Shown here: one piece after another, positions 1 through 12,168 of the stretch
Position numbering within the stretch: the first letter of the stretch is position 1
Layout of the letters: each line of letters begins with the position of its first letter
Notes under the pieces: generated by a model
Databases searched by the model: none
The model's input: only the letters and a program-made list of their open reading frames with translations
What the model was told of the DNA's origin: nothing
Origin: the human T2T-CHM13v2.0 reference genome, Homo sapiens
NCBI RefSeq assembly: GCF_009914755.1
Contig: NC_060942.1
DNA: 64,000 nt
Direction: 5' to 3' (one strand)
Position numbers and translations under genes: made by a program

Positions 1-1244
1 ACTGTCATTTCCATTATCATCAATGGCTATGACTATTTCTCTGTAATTACCCATGTTTATCTACCCTGCGTTTACTATACATAGGAATAAAACACAACTG
101 CTTAAACTATTCAAATCCACCTGGAAGTCCATACAACAGTACTATACTGGTGCACCCGTTAAGACACTTCCCTTGCCCAGGGCTGCCTGCACCTGTCTGC
201 CTGACCTGGTTCATCTCTTCTCATACACATGCAGTCAGATGAGAAGCCACACACACAGGCACGCTGCAACGCACACCAACACGGGTACACATACAAAGCA
301 CAAGCATGTGGTCATGCATTCATGGACATACATACAACTGTACATGCACAGCCACACCTGGGGGGCACACACGGCACAGGCATGTGTGCAGTCACACACG
401 CATTCGCACAACTCACAAGAGAATCGCAGTGTGGTCTGGGTTGGGAATCCAGGACTGCAGGGGTCAGCGACTGTACAATGAGATACAGAGCACCCAGCCC
501 TGACCCTCACGTACCTCCTACAACCAAATACAAGATCTAGAGTTTCACACCCATGAATCCACCATTCTTTAAAGTGAGAAAACAGGCGCATGTTTGGAGG
601 TAATTCTTAAAGCTGAGAGCATCCAATCTATATCCTTAATAACCTGAGTGAGAAATCACACACATACCACGAGCGAAACACATTACAAGGGCCTCACCTT
701 CTCCTATTGACAGATTTCCATCAATTTCATGATCTATATGATGTATTCACATCAAAACTAAAAGATGCAGCTGCCAGTAATGAAATACTTATGATTTTTA
801 AAATCTGGGGAACATGCATACCCCTGCAACAGTCTCGATGTCTACAAAAAGCACAGGTCCAAGGACTAAGCATCCTGCGGACAACGAGCACCGACCACCA
901 CTCCCTGTGGCCCCCACGTGGGTACCAGAGCAGCAGCGGACAGGCTGGCAGCCTGGGGCTCCTGTCCACTGGGCAGGGCTGGGGCAGAACTGGCCTCCCC
1001 ACTCCACTCTGTGGCTCTCCAACACCCCTGGGGACTTAGCAGTCTCCAGTGACAAATGTTGCTGAAAAGTCACCAATCTCAAGCCCTGGGCAAAGGGAAG
1101 ACCCTCGGAAGCAGGTGGTCCCACATGGTATCGCCCTCTTCCATGAACCCCAGAGCCAGGGGGGTCCCCAAGGACCTCACATGCAGCTCCACACACGCCT
1201 GGGGGAGACGACGTGATCCCACTCGCCCCACTCCAGCACTTCGT

Positions 1245-1840
1245 GCATGTGGACCGTGTGTATGTGTGAGTGCATATACTACGTGTAAGTGTGCATGTGT
1301 GTGAACGGCAGTTTTAGAGTATCTGTGTGAGTGTGGGGGTGAGTGAGCATGTGTGCACGTGTAAGAGTGTGCATGTGTGTGAGCAAGTTTGTGTTTGTGC
1401 ATGTGAGCATGTAAGCATGTGTGCATGTGTGTGCATGTGACTGCACAAGTAATGTGTGTGAACATGTGTGAACGTGTGCATGTGTTTGTATGTTTGTGAG
1501 TATGTAATGAGTAAGCATGTGTGCATACTAGTGTATGTTTGTAAGTATGAGTGCACCTGTGTGAGGATGCATGTGCATGTGTACATGGGTGAGCGTGAGT
1601 TTGTGCCTGTGAGCATGAGTGTGAGCATGAGCATATGTACGTGTGCATGTGATCAGCATGTGCGTTGAGTGTGTGCATGAGCATATGAGCATGTTTGAGC
1701 ATGAGTACATGTGTGAGCATATGTGTGCATGTTAGCATGTGTGCACGAGTTTGCATGTGTATCACTGTAACTGTGTGCATGTGTGAGCATCTGTCCATGT
1801 ATGGTGAGCATGACTGTGAGTATGAGCGTGTGTGTGTGGG
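1245..1840. repeat. Degenerate (TG/CATG)-rich low-complexity repeat
   Basis: Continuous gtgtgcatgtgtgagcat-like motifs; explains the His/Thr/Met-rich ORFs. Confidence 0.9.
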
Positions 1841-2169
1841 GCCGTCCCTGCAGACAGGAGAGTCCTAAGCCACGGTCGATGGTCCCCCTACCCTCCTTGG
1901 TCCCCTCCCCACACATGCAGCAACCCAGGTATAAGCAGTACCCTGCCCTTTGCTCCCAGCAAAGACCTCAGGTGCTGGGCCCATTGCAGGCACAAGCTAG
2001 GCAGATACTCGCTTTCCTCAGCACCTGATGAACCAGCCTCCCGAGGCCAAGATAAGGACACACCCTGGAGGTCATCGGGAACACGGTTTCCAGGGAACAG
2101 GGTCTGCACTGGCACCACAAACCCAAGGGCCCCCCGAACTGTGCAGCCTCCCATCAGACAGACTGTGTC

Positions 2170-2284
2170 TTTTTTGAGACAGGGGTTTGACTCTTGCCCA
2201 GGCTGGAGTGCAGTGGTGCAATCATAGCTCACCGCGGGTGTCCTCGACTTCCTGGGCTCAAGCGATCCTCCCGCCTCAGCCTCC
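2170..2284 (-). mobile_element. AluJ-type fragment (3' part of an arm)
   Basis: ttttttgagacaggg...gcccaggctggagtgcagtggtgcaatcatagctcac...ctcaagcgatcctcccgcctcagcctcc. Confidence 0.85.
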
Positions 2285-3211
2285 ACCCCACACTGCACAC
2301 ACCCACCAGTGCTACCTGCATAGGACAGGACACTCAGGAAGGGCTCAGTGAGGCACCGACAGGGCGTGGGCAACGGCAGGAGACTCCGCAGTGCATCAGC
2401 ATGAAGCAGCTGAGCACAGCCAGCAGGCAGCAGGCCCCAGCCCGGGAGGGGCGGCGTGGAGCTTGAAGGGCCTCCTTTCCTGGTTCCTGTCTTCCCTTCT
2501 ACCCCTTTCACTTTCGGGGCACCCGGTTCTGTTGTGTTCTCATTGCGGTTCTGCTTGCGGTTCATTTAAGCACCACGGTGAAACATTCATCCCTTCAGAG
2601 ACATCCACGGTCATCAGGCCTGCAGTATTTTTACCAAACGCCCCCGGTTGGTGACTCCGCTGACACACGCGTGATGAATGCGTGTGTTGTCCGAGACACA
2701 GAGCCACACCGTCACACTCAGCCTGATGACGGCTGCCCTTCCCCATACTTCAGTCAGGGTCAAAGGCGACTCACCTTCCTTTGGAATCCCGCCGCCCCGT
2801 CCCATGGGTGACGAGTCCATGCCAACCCCATCCGTCAGGGACCCACCTTGCATGGCGGCTTCTGCACGGACTGATCAGATCCACCTCTGATACACTGAAC
2901 AACTCAGTCATGCCTGGCCCTCACACCAACATCCACACGGGAGGCGTGCTCAAGCATCCTCAGCAGGCCCAGCTGTCATCAGACGACAGCGCACGCAGGT
3001 GAGGGGCCTCCTTCAGGGCAGATGGCACACGGGACACCCTGCAGCCCCTCCTCCGGAGGCACCGCCCGGCCTGCAACTCGCCCGCGCTGCCCAGACCCCA
3101 AACCTCTCTTTTACCCTGACTTCTTCACCACCAGGTGGCACCTGTGCTGGATTTCTACTCTGAAGCCTCGTCCATCTACTTAGCCAATCTTCCTCTTAAC
3201 AACAAAAACAA

Positions 3212-3574
<363 letters not shown>

Positions 3575-4059
3575 CTAAGCCTTCCTGGCTCTGCTGGCCT
3601 GTCTGCACGTTATCATGGGTTCCAGGCTTTCGCCAACACGTTCCTGTAGACCTAAGAGATGTCAAAGTTCCCAATAGTCAATAAAATTACCCTCTTTCTC
3701 ACCATCACAGCAGGAAGTCCCCACAGAATCCACTGACGGCCCAGGAGTGCAGAGTCTTATCCTTCTCAGAGACAGACCCACACGAGCACCGCCTCTTTGA
3801 GAGTGGGAGACAGCAGCCGAGTGGCCGCATCTCAGTGTCCCCTGCCAGGCCGGAGTCCCCGTGCTCCTGCCTGGGGCTATCTTAGATTTGCTAACCCGGG
3901 GCACACAGTGCGTCTCCGTCCACTGTTGGGTGAGACCTCGCCCAGACAGAATCCAGGTTCTCTCGTGCACAGGCTGGGTGGACAGGTTAGAACGGCTCTG
4001 GATTCCTCCGCTACAAAATGAGTTAATTCTACTTTGTGAGGTGGATTCAAGGACACCCA

Positions 4060-4377
4060 GGGCAGGCATGGTGGCTGACACCTATCATCTCCACACTCTG
4101 GAAGGCCAAGGCAGCCTTCCAAAGGCCAAGGAGGATCACTTGAGTGCAAGAGTTCGAGAACAACCTGGGCAACAGAGACCCCATCTCCACAAAAATAAAA
4201 TAATTAGCCAGGCATGGTGGTGTGCACCTGTTGTTTCAGCTACTCGAACAGCTGAGGTGAGAGGAACCCTTGAGCCCAGGAGATCAAGGTTGCAGTGAGC
4301 CAAGATCGTGCCACTGCACTCCAGCCTGAGCGACAGAGACCCTGTCTCATAACAAAGAAGAGGGGGGGAGTGGAGAG
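4060..4377 (+). mobile_element. AluJ, diverged, with a small internal inverted insertion
   Basis: Dimeric Alu with J-type motifs (cttgagcccaggagatcaaggttgcag, gagaccctgtctc); probable TSD aggacacccag/aggaaacccag. Confidence 0.9.
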
Positions 4378-6624
4378 GAGGAAACCCAGTAGCGCAGGTT
4401 CAATGTCGGGACAGGGGCTCGGGCGGCAGCATCCATAATTACGAGGAGACGGGGCCATGTGATTGGAACCCCAGCCTTCCTGGCACAGACAACACCGCCC
4501 TCTGAACACAAGCCATGCCAATCCACTCGTCCACCACCAAGCATCATTCTAGCAACACTGCCATTTCCCCCTTAACTCTTTCATCCTTTCTGATGGTAAA
4601 ACATGGATACAGAAAATACCCAACACGACATGCAGTTTAATCAGTTATTCGAAGGTGAACACCCTTATAGCTACAGCCCGCAAGAAACAGTCGTTGCCAG
4701 CCACCCAGACACCCCTCATGGGGCCCATGGGCTCAGAGCCCCGCCCAAGTTTCCACAGTGTTCACTTCCCTGCATTCCTCTATGCAGTTCAAACACGCAG
4801 CCCTCTGAGCTGCAGCCCAGCCAGGTCCTTCCCTGATGTGTCTGAGGGTCCCCGGTCCACAGGCTGGCCCACTGCCGGCTTCCCACCACCTGGATGATGC
4901 CAACTGCACCCTCTTGGTGCAGCCCGCGCTGCTTCTGTCCCCTGTAGTTTTGGCACGCTAGACATGCACCATTTTAAAAGGACCAGAAGGCTTTTTCCCA
5001 TATGGTTCATGGGATGGCAAGGGAGGCAACAGTCTCCTCAAAAAATGAGATGAGGCTGCTACATTTGGGGAGGTGAGGAAGGACCCAGAGCCTTGGAGGG
5101 ACAGAACTGGCAGGACCAGGAAAGTAGACCTTGCATGAACGTTTTTAATCGCACGTCACTATGACCTCCCCGCTGTTATTGGAAGGCTGAGTTCCTAGTG
5201 ACACGATGACTGTTTCCAAGGTGGGTGAACTGATCCTCATCCAAGAGGTGCTGCAGGCTGGTGTGGACAGCAAGCTCCGAGGGGCTGCGGCGTGCGTCTC
5301 TCCTGACAGCGACACACTTGAGACCCTCCGGGAGTTCCAGCCGGGGTGAAACCAGTCACAAGGGAAAATAGCAAAAATTAAGAAGAAGTGCATGGCTCTG
5401 GTATAGCTCGGAAAGTACACTGTGAGGTTTAAGGGATGGTTTAAAAGGAACCAGGAGGTGAAAAACGTCTAAAGGCGGAAGGTGTCAATGTTTGTCATCC
5501 AACTAGGAAACTGAGGGCACATGGCTCCCAAGACTGTGTGAGACACTGGCACCCTAACACCAAGAAGAACATGACCGCTAACGACAGAAAGAGGCGTAAA
5601 AAGAGGCCTTTCCAAACTGACCCACGTGAATGTTTGCATAGTGACACGTTTGTGTTCGCTCGCTAATTCACAGAAAACAACTTCTACAAAGCTGTCCTTA
5701 GATTTCCAGTAATGTATCACCCTCAGTCGACAAACATTTTCCTATGAAATACTTAGCACCCACTTCTAGTCCTGTCTCCTGACACTGTGAAGTGAAGCTA
5801 CCATGAAGCTGGGCTCAGGACACTGACGAGAGCGCTGCTAAATTGAGGCTCAGACTGAGGTTCCGCCCCCACTCAGAAGCCAAGCCAAAGATACGAAAAG
5901 TTAAATATATTCTTATCTATCTAACCTTCAGAAAACAAAGAAGCTATAAAAAAAATCATAAAAGTTTTACACTTGCAGAGAAACATACAGCAAATAACTA
6001 GACATAATCATTTATATATAAAATCTCCCTAATATAAGCAAATAAAAAATATTTACATAGCTAAAGTGGAAGAGCAGCAAGAGAACGATTCCAGGGAAAT
6101 TGAGACTTTGCTTAAATGTGGTTGTGGATTCCACTTCCTCTGCACAGATATGTTTTGTACATTTATAGAAACTCTATTTTTATACAAATCAGGAACACCA
6201 GAGTTCTCTGATGACCAAATTTTCATTATCAAATTTAATCACAAAATATTCATTATTGAAATTAATTAAAATGTATTATCAAAATTAATCAAATTCGATT
6301 TCTTAACCTGACCTCCAAGAACACTGCAGGAAATGCTACCATTGTCACAACTAATTTGCCAACGGAAATTAAAAAGAAAAAATTCTAAGAAGCTGATTTT
6401 GAAGTTACAGTAAAAATTAGTGTTGCAAAAAAAGAAAACAAGCACTTACATTTCATTGAACTAGAGACTGAAGAACAATCACATGGTGGGCCAGACTGTT
6501 CTTCTGGTAGGAACGATATTAAAGTATACCAACTATTACACCAAAAATATGCTCAGTGGCCAGTCTGGATAACTCTTCACATCTGTGCTGGGCTCTCTGG
6601 ATTTGCTACTTCACCATGAGCCCA

Positions 6625-6752
6625 CCCTCCCTGTAGCTGGAGATGGTGGAAAACCGAGAGAGCTGCATTTCCCAGACTGCCTTGCAGCTAGGCTTTGCTA
6701 CAAATTACATGTCCCCAAATTGGAGGCACCAGTGAGATCCAGACATTAGAGG
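6625..6752. mobile_element. Old ERVL-type LTR fragment (LTR16/LTR33-like) next to the THE1 insertion
   Basis: ctgcatttcccagactgccttgcagctagg resembles a recalled LTR16/LTR33 core; boundaries approximate. Confidence 0.45.
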
Positions 6753-7106
6753 TGGTATGGTTTGGCTGTGTCCCCACCCAAATCTCACCTTGAATTGTAG
6801 TAATCCCCATGTGTCAAGGGTGGGGCCAGGTGGAGATAACTGAATCATGGGGGCAGTTTCCCCCACACTGTTCTCATGGTAGTAAGTTTCACGAGATCTG
6901 ATGGTTTTTATGAAGGGGAGTTCCCTTGCACACACTCTCTTGCCCACCGCCATGTAAGATGTGCCTTTGCTCTTCCTTCATCTTCCACCATCATTGTGAG
7001 GCCTCCCCAGCCATGGGGAGCTATGAGTCCACTAAGCCTCTTTCCTTTATAAATCACCCAGTCTTGGGTATGTCTTTGTTAGCAGCGTTAAAAACGGACT
7101 AATACA
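6753..7106 (+). mobile_element. THE1 (THE1B-like) MaLR solo LTR
   Basis: tggtatggtttggctgtgtccccacccaaatctc ... aaaacggactaataca; TSD agagg/ggagg. Confidence 0.93.
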
Positions 7107-10100
7107 GGAGGCTCCCAGCTGCCAGTGCTGGCTGGCAAGGACAGGGAAGTATGAGGGCTCGCCACAGCTGGGTTCCTTCTCCAGGCCCCTGGTTGTCACA
7201 AAATAGTGGCAAAAGTGAGAGCTTCTTGATAGAGCTTCCTGATTCTCGGGTCAGGGCTTCAGGTATCCATTCTCTGGCTTCCAAGGTCTCAAGAAGCGGT
7301 TTTGACTGTGGCTTCTTCCTTTCAGCACAAAGAAAACAGCTCCTGAGATGGGTTGATTCTGTCATTCTGTCACTTTCTGGAGCCACTGGAGGAGGCCTTG
7401 CCTCGAACAGGTCCCGAAGCTCGCGCAGTGGTTCCGCAGTTCCCTACACAGCCTGCATTCCTGCTTCAGGTACCGAGACGCTTTTCTAACTACACTGAAC
7501 TCTGACAGGTAAAATTTGCTTTTGGGGAGGAAAAACCCTATGATTTTTAAAAATTTCAATTTGTTTTGGTAGAATGGAAATCTTCCCCTTGCAAATTTAT
7601 TTTGGGAATCAAAGAAAATAAACCATTCACTTGTGGGAGACTTGAGAGTCGGCTGGAGGAGAAAAAGAGAAATTTTACCACAGGATTCTTCCTCACCTCC
7701 TAGTGTTCACCATGCAGCCACAACACGCAACACACATCCAATCAGCAGCAATCTCCCGGGGGAGTTTTTCAAGATCTCAGGTTATAGCCAATTAAACACA
7801 TCAAAGAGCAAACACCTACACACTCAACTTTCTAAATGAATACACAACAGTGTGCTCAGTCTGCCTTTCAATATATCAATGAGAAGAACTTGCATGTCCT
7901 AAAAGCAGATAAAACTTTCAGATTAAAGAAATAAAAGACCAGCTAGAATTCTAACACAGCTTTGCTGCTATGAAATGCTTCCATTTTCAGAAGCTGTGTT
8001 CTTAAGACAACTGAAAAGCACATGGAATCCCTGAGGTCAGGACTGTCTAACAGGTCCTCCTCCGGGATGGAAACGGTCTCTAAATCTGCCCTGTTCAACA
8101 CGTAGCCTCTCATGGCCAGGGGCTACTCACGAAGGACTGTGCAGCCTTGAGTGTCACAATCCTGTCATTCTGGATGAAATGGGTGTCGTGTACCTTTCGC
8201 AATACCCCAGAGACAAAATGCCTCACTGCACCCCAGCTACACACAGTGCAGATTCTACATCAACAGCCTCCAAAATACACTCAGTTCCACTGAACATCCT
8301 GCACTGGAGACAAGAACATTTCCAAGCATTTCAGCAAGTCGCGGCTTCAACAAAAATATTTCTTAACCACAGGTAATTCTAAGGTTGGATTCTTCACTTA
8401 GGATCACTGACATCAGAGTTAATAGACAAGACACTATTCCATGGCATTCAGAGGAGAGCAGCAAAGGTGGGGAACAAAGCAAAATTAAAACTATAAAATA
8501 CTTAAAAGTTACAAAATACGCCAAAAGCATGGAAGGATGTGTTGAAAACACCACAAAAAACTTCTGAAACACAAAAGCCCAAAGCATCAAACTCAACAAG
8601 TCCTAAAATTACCGCTTGACTACGGAGAGGGCTCAGAAGGCTCCAAAGACCTGAAACCTCATCTTGACCTTCCTTTTTCATCCACAAAATGAGGAGGTGG
8701 ATGGGACAGTCTCTGCCAGGAGCCCTCTGCACTCAGGCAGTGGGGAGACAGTGCCTGAAAACGTGTACCACCCCTCCAGCATAAAGCAGTTTTTAAAATA
8801 TTTAAAATACCACTTTTTATTATCACATACTTAGATAAGAAAACTAGCAAAGCACATAGGTCATCTTAACCTTAAAATACTCTTAAAATAAAAACATCTG
8901 AACATTCAAAGGAGTCAACCCGAGATGATCCCAGATCATAAAACGTATCCTCTCCAAGACCGTGTGGGTGTGTATTCCAGATTTTTTAATGACCTCGGCA
9001 AAATGCAAGAGCAGCCCAGAGACCACCATGTAGATGGTAAATAGTGGCATTGTTGCAGCTGAATGTCAAAAACTATTTTCAGAGGAAGCGGCACTAATGA
9101 TTCACAGCTCCCTGATGAGGCTGCATTCCTAAGTCCGGGACCAAGACCAGCGAAGGTCGCCGTGCTGACTGCTGCTGCACTTCCAGGGGAGAACACCCTG
9201 GCGATGCTCTCCTTCCTCACTGGGGACAGAGGGGACGTACACGGCACCCAAAGGGACGGCCTGAAACAGGAAAACCTGAAAACAGCCCTGACTCTGGGTG
9301 GGCCACTCCAGCCCAAGGCTCTCCTCCCCTCCTGGGAGGGCCATTCCTACTCTTAGCTTAGTCCTACTGCACACAGGCGTGACCCCAAACACTGCCTCCA
9401 CTCACCTGGGGACCGACGGGAGCCCACACACTCTACGAACCCACCTGGCGATCAGCAGGGCCAGCCTTAGGAAGACAATGGCCATGGAGACTGACCTCAT
9501 TTCTTCCTCAAGGACTGCAATGCACTGGGTAATAGAGGAAGGGAGGGGAGGCCGGAGGATAAGGACACACCGTGCCTCCTGATGTGGAAGCAGGAAGTCA
9601 AGTCGTTGCCAAGATGTGGCCCCACGTGACAAAGTGACCAACAGCAACTGAGGCAGCTCCTGGACTCTTTTCCTCTCAAGATTTTGTCTGGACACAGTTT
9701 TGGGCAACCAGGGATTCCATGGTCCCACTGAGTCCTCTCCTCTCCCAAAGAACTCCGGGTCTTCTTTCTAGTCTTTCTTCCCTCAATGTCCCGGGACACC
9801 GGGCTGAGTGTGGCATCCTCCCTCCACCTCGCCCACCTCTGAGTCCCGCCATAACCTACCCGGAACCTACCAGAACCTAGCATCACTGCACGCCACCGCG
9901 GCCCACAGTGAGCCCTGCTCAGAGGCCCACTTCTCCTTAGACATGAGACACTGCACCTGCCAAGGTAATGCTGAAACCAAGGCCTCTGTGAGGAAGCGGG
10001 AAGCGGAGGCAGAAACGAAGTGCTATTATTTGGAAACAGGACGTACTGCTGAAAATGCCATACGGTTTATTCCCATTTTTTAAAAAAGATTTTCTGTGGC

Positions 10101-11843
10101 TTTAAAGTTGACCACACTCTCTCTCTCCTTAGTGACTAATTCAATCCTGCAAACCTTGCCAAAACAATAAAAATGTAGTGGAAGAACTTTAAGTAGAATT
10201 TAGCAGTTAAATTCTACTACTACATGACTTTAAAATTATATATAAATTACACATATCTAAAATCCTTCTCTGGCGGACGCCAGGCTCCTAGGCAGCAGGG
10301 AGAGGGTATCGTTCATCTTGCCTAGCAGCACCACACCCAACAGACGTCTGTTCAATCAATCAATCGATAGAAAGATGCTAGGACTAAGGAAGAGAAAAGG
10401 ATCCAGGTTTCCCATGCAATCCCATTATCAATCAACCAACTACATTCACTTTATATGACTATATTAATAAGATAAAGTACATTTTTTGTTTCAAAAAAAA
10501 AATTATGTCATGACTGGTTCAATTTCATCCCCTCGAATACCTCAGCACACCTTAACGCCCACCCCCAAATATCTGGGCTGCCACGGTTTCCTCCCACCGG
10601 AACTGATTTTATGCTAAGATATATGTTTTCTTCATCTAACCCACTTTGGGCAGGGGTTCAATGTGACTGTATAAAACTAAAATTGAAACAGGTCTTTAAA
10701 TGATGACGTAAAAGCCAATAATATTGGTGAACAAGAAAAATCTTCACGAAACCTCATGAACAAAAATGTCCCAAGTCTTCACACAGTTCTTATGTATTCA
10801 AGACTAGTGAACATCTGCTTATTTAAAAGGTTTCGTTAAATGTTTTTTCAAACTGATACAATATTTAAGCAGTTTGTCTGATTACTAAACAGTTCAAGAA
10901 ATTTCATGTCACTTTTTTTAAACAAACATTGGAACAAAAAGTTTTATTCTTGAGAAATTCTTAGGCCATCAAAACATTATCTTTTACCCTTACTCAAAAA
11001 CTTCACTTTAAAACTGTATTTCTTACAGAATTTTAAAGACTAACATGTACATATATAGATTCCTATGTATTTACATTAAATTAGTGAAATCCTTCATTGT
11101 TGTTTGGCTTTCAGCATTACCAATTGTTTACAATCCAGTTGTTTAAAAAAGCCTACTTATTCTGAAACAAGCCATTTTCCTACTTTCTTGAACAGCATAC
11201 TAGCATATCCTGAAGTACGATTTCACTGAAAAATAATCTTATTTAAAGTTGGGATACCAGTTCCACGTGTTATTTTCCTCAGCTGGGTTTCAGTTTATTT
11301 TAAGGGTTTTCATCCCTAAAATGTAATATAATGTCTTACAATTTAGCTGATCACAGAACAAATGCCCTCTGTCACTATGTATACCAGCTGGCAATACAGG
11401 CAATGCTGAATGTACACAGTTTTCGTGTCTCTGGTGATTTTCAAGAGTTACACAGTAAACCACAAACTGCTATTTGAATCTACATACTACTGTCGATCAA
11501 AATTCTCTTTTCAGGTTTTCTTTAACTTTCTTCACCCGAAGAAGGTTACCTACTTCATTAGCACTGTAGTTGTTTAAAGGCTCAATTAAGAATAATTATG
11601 TGAAAGATAAACCAATAAATTCTAAAATTTGGTCTTAAATTTCTTAAAATGACATAAGTCATGAGAAGAATGGGCCAATCATGTTCGCACCAACTATGTG
11701 ATATTAAACACATAGAGAATCTGGCTTTTAATCTATTTTTCAAATCAAGTGATACGTGTGTGCACACACAGACACCACACATTCTTAAATGTCTCACCAC
11801 AATGGATCAGCTCTGGGTTCTAATACAAAAAAATAGTAGTTTA

Positions 11844-12168
11844 CACTGGATGCGGTGGCTCACGCCTGTAATCCCAGCACTTTGGGAGGCCGAGGTGGGC
11901 AGATCACCTGAGGTCAGGAGTTCAAGAGCAGCCTGGCCAACCTGGTGAAACCCCATTTCTACTAAAAATACAAAAATTAGCCAAGTGTAGTGGTACATGC
12001 CTGCAGTCCCAGCCACTGGAGAGGCTGAGGCAGCAGAATTGTACGAACCCAAGAAGTGAAGGTTGCAGTGAGCCAGGATCGCCCCATTGCACTCCAGCAG
12101 CGTGGGCAACAGAGCAAGACTCCGTCTCAAAAAAAGAAAAAGAAAAGAGGAAAAAAGAAAAGAAAAAG
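11844..12168 (+). mobile_element. Full-length AluSx-like element
   Basis: Dimeric Alu; TSD AAAATAGTAGTTTA at 11830-11843 and 12169-12182. Confidence 0.95.

Noticed and set aside
1079-1798. His/Thr/Met-rich ORFs resembling metal-binding proteins
   Set aside because: Products of a CA/TG low-complexity repeat.
10192-10218. 11-bp inverted repeat AGTAGAATTTA-gcagt-TAAATTCTACT
   Set aside because: A short AT-rich hairpin, too small for a pre-miRNA; bacterial terminator logic does not apply here.
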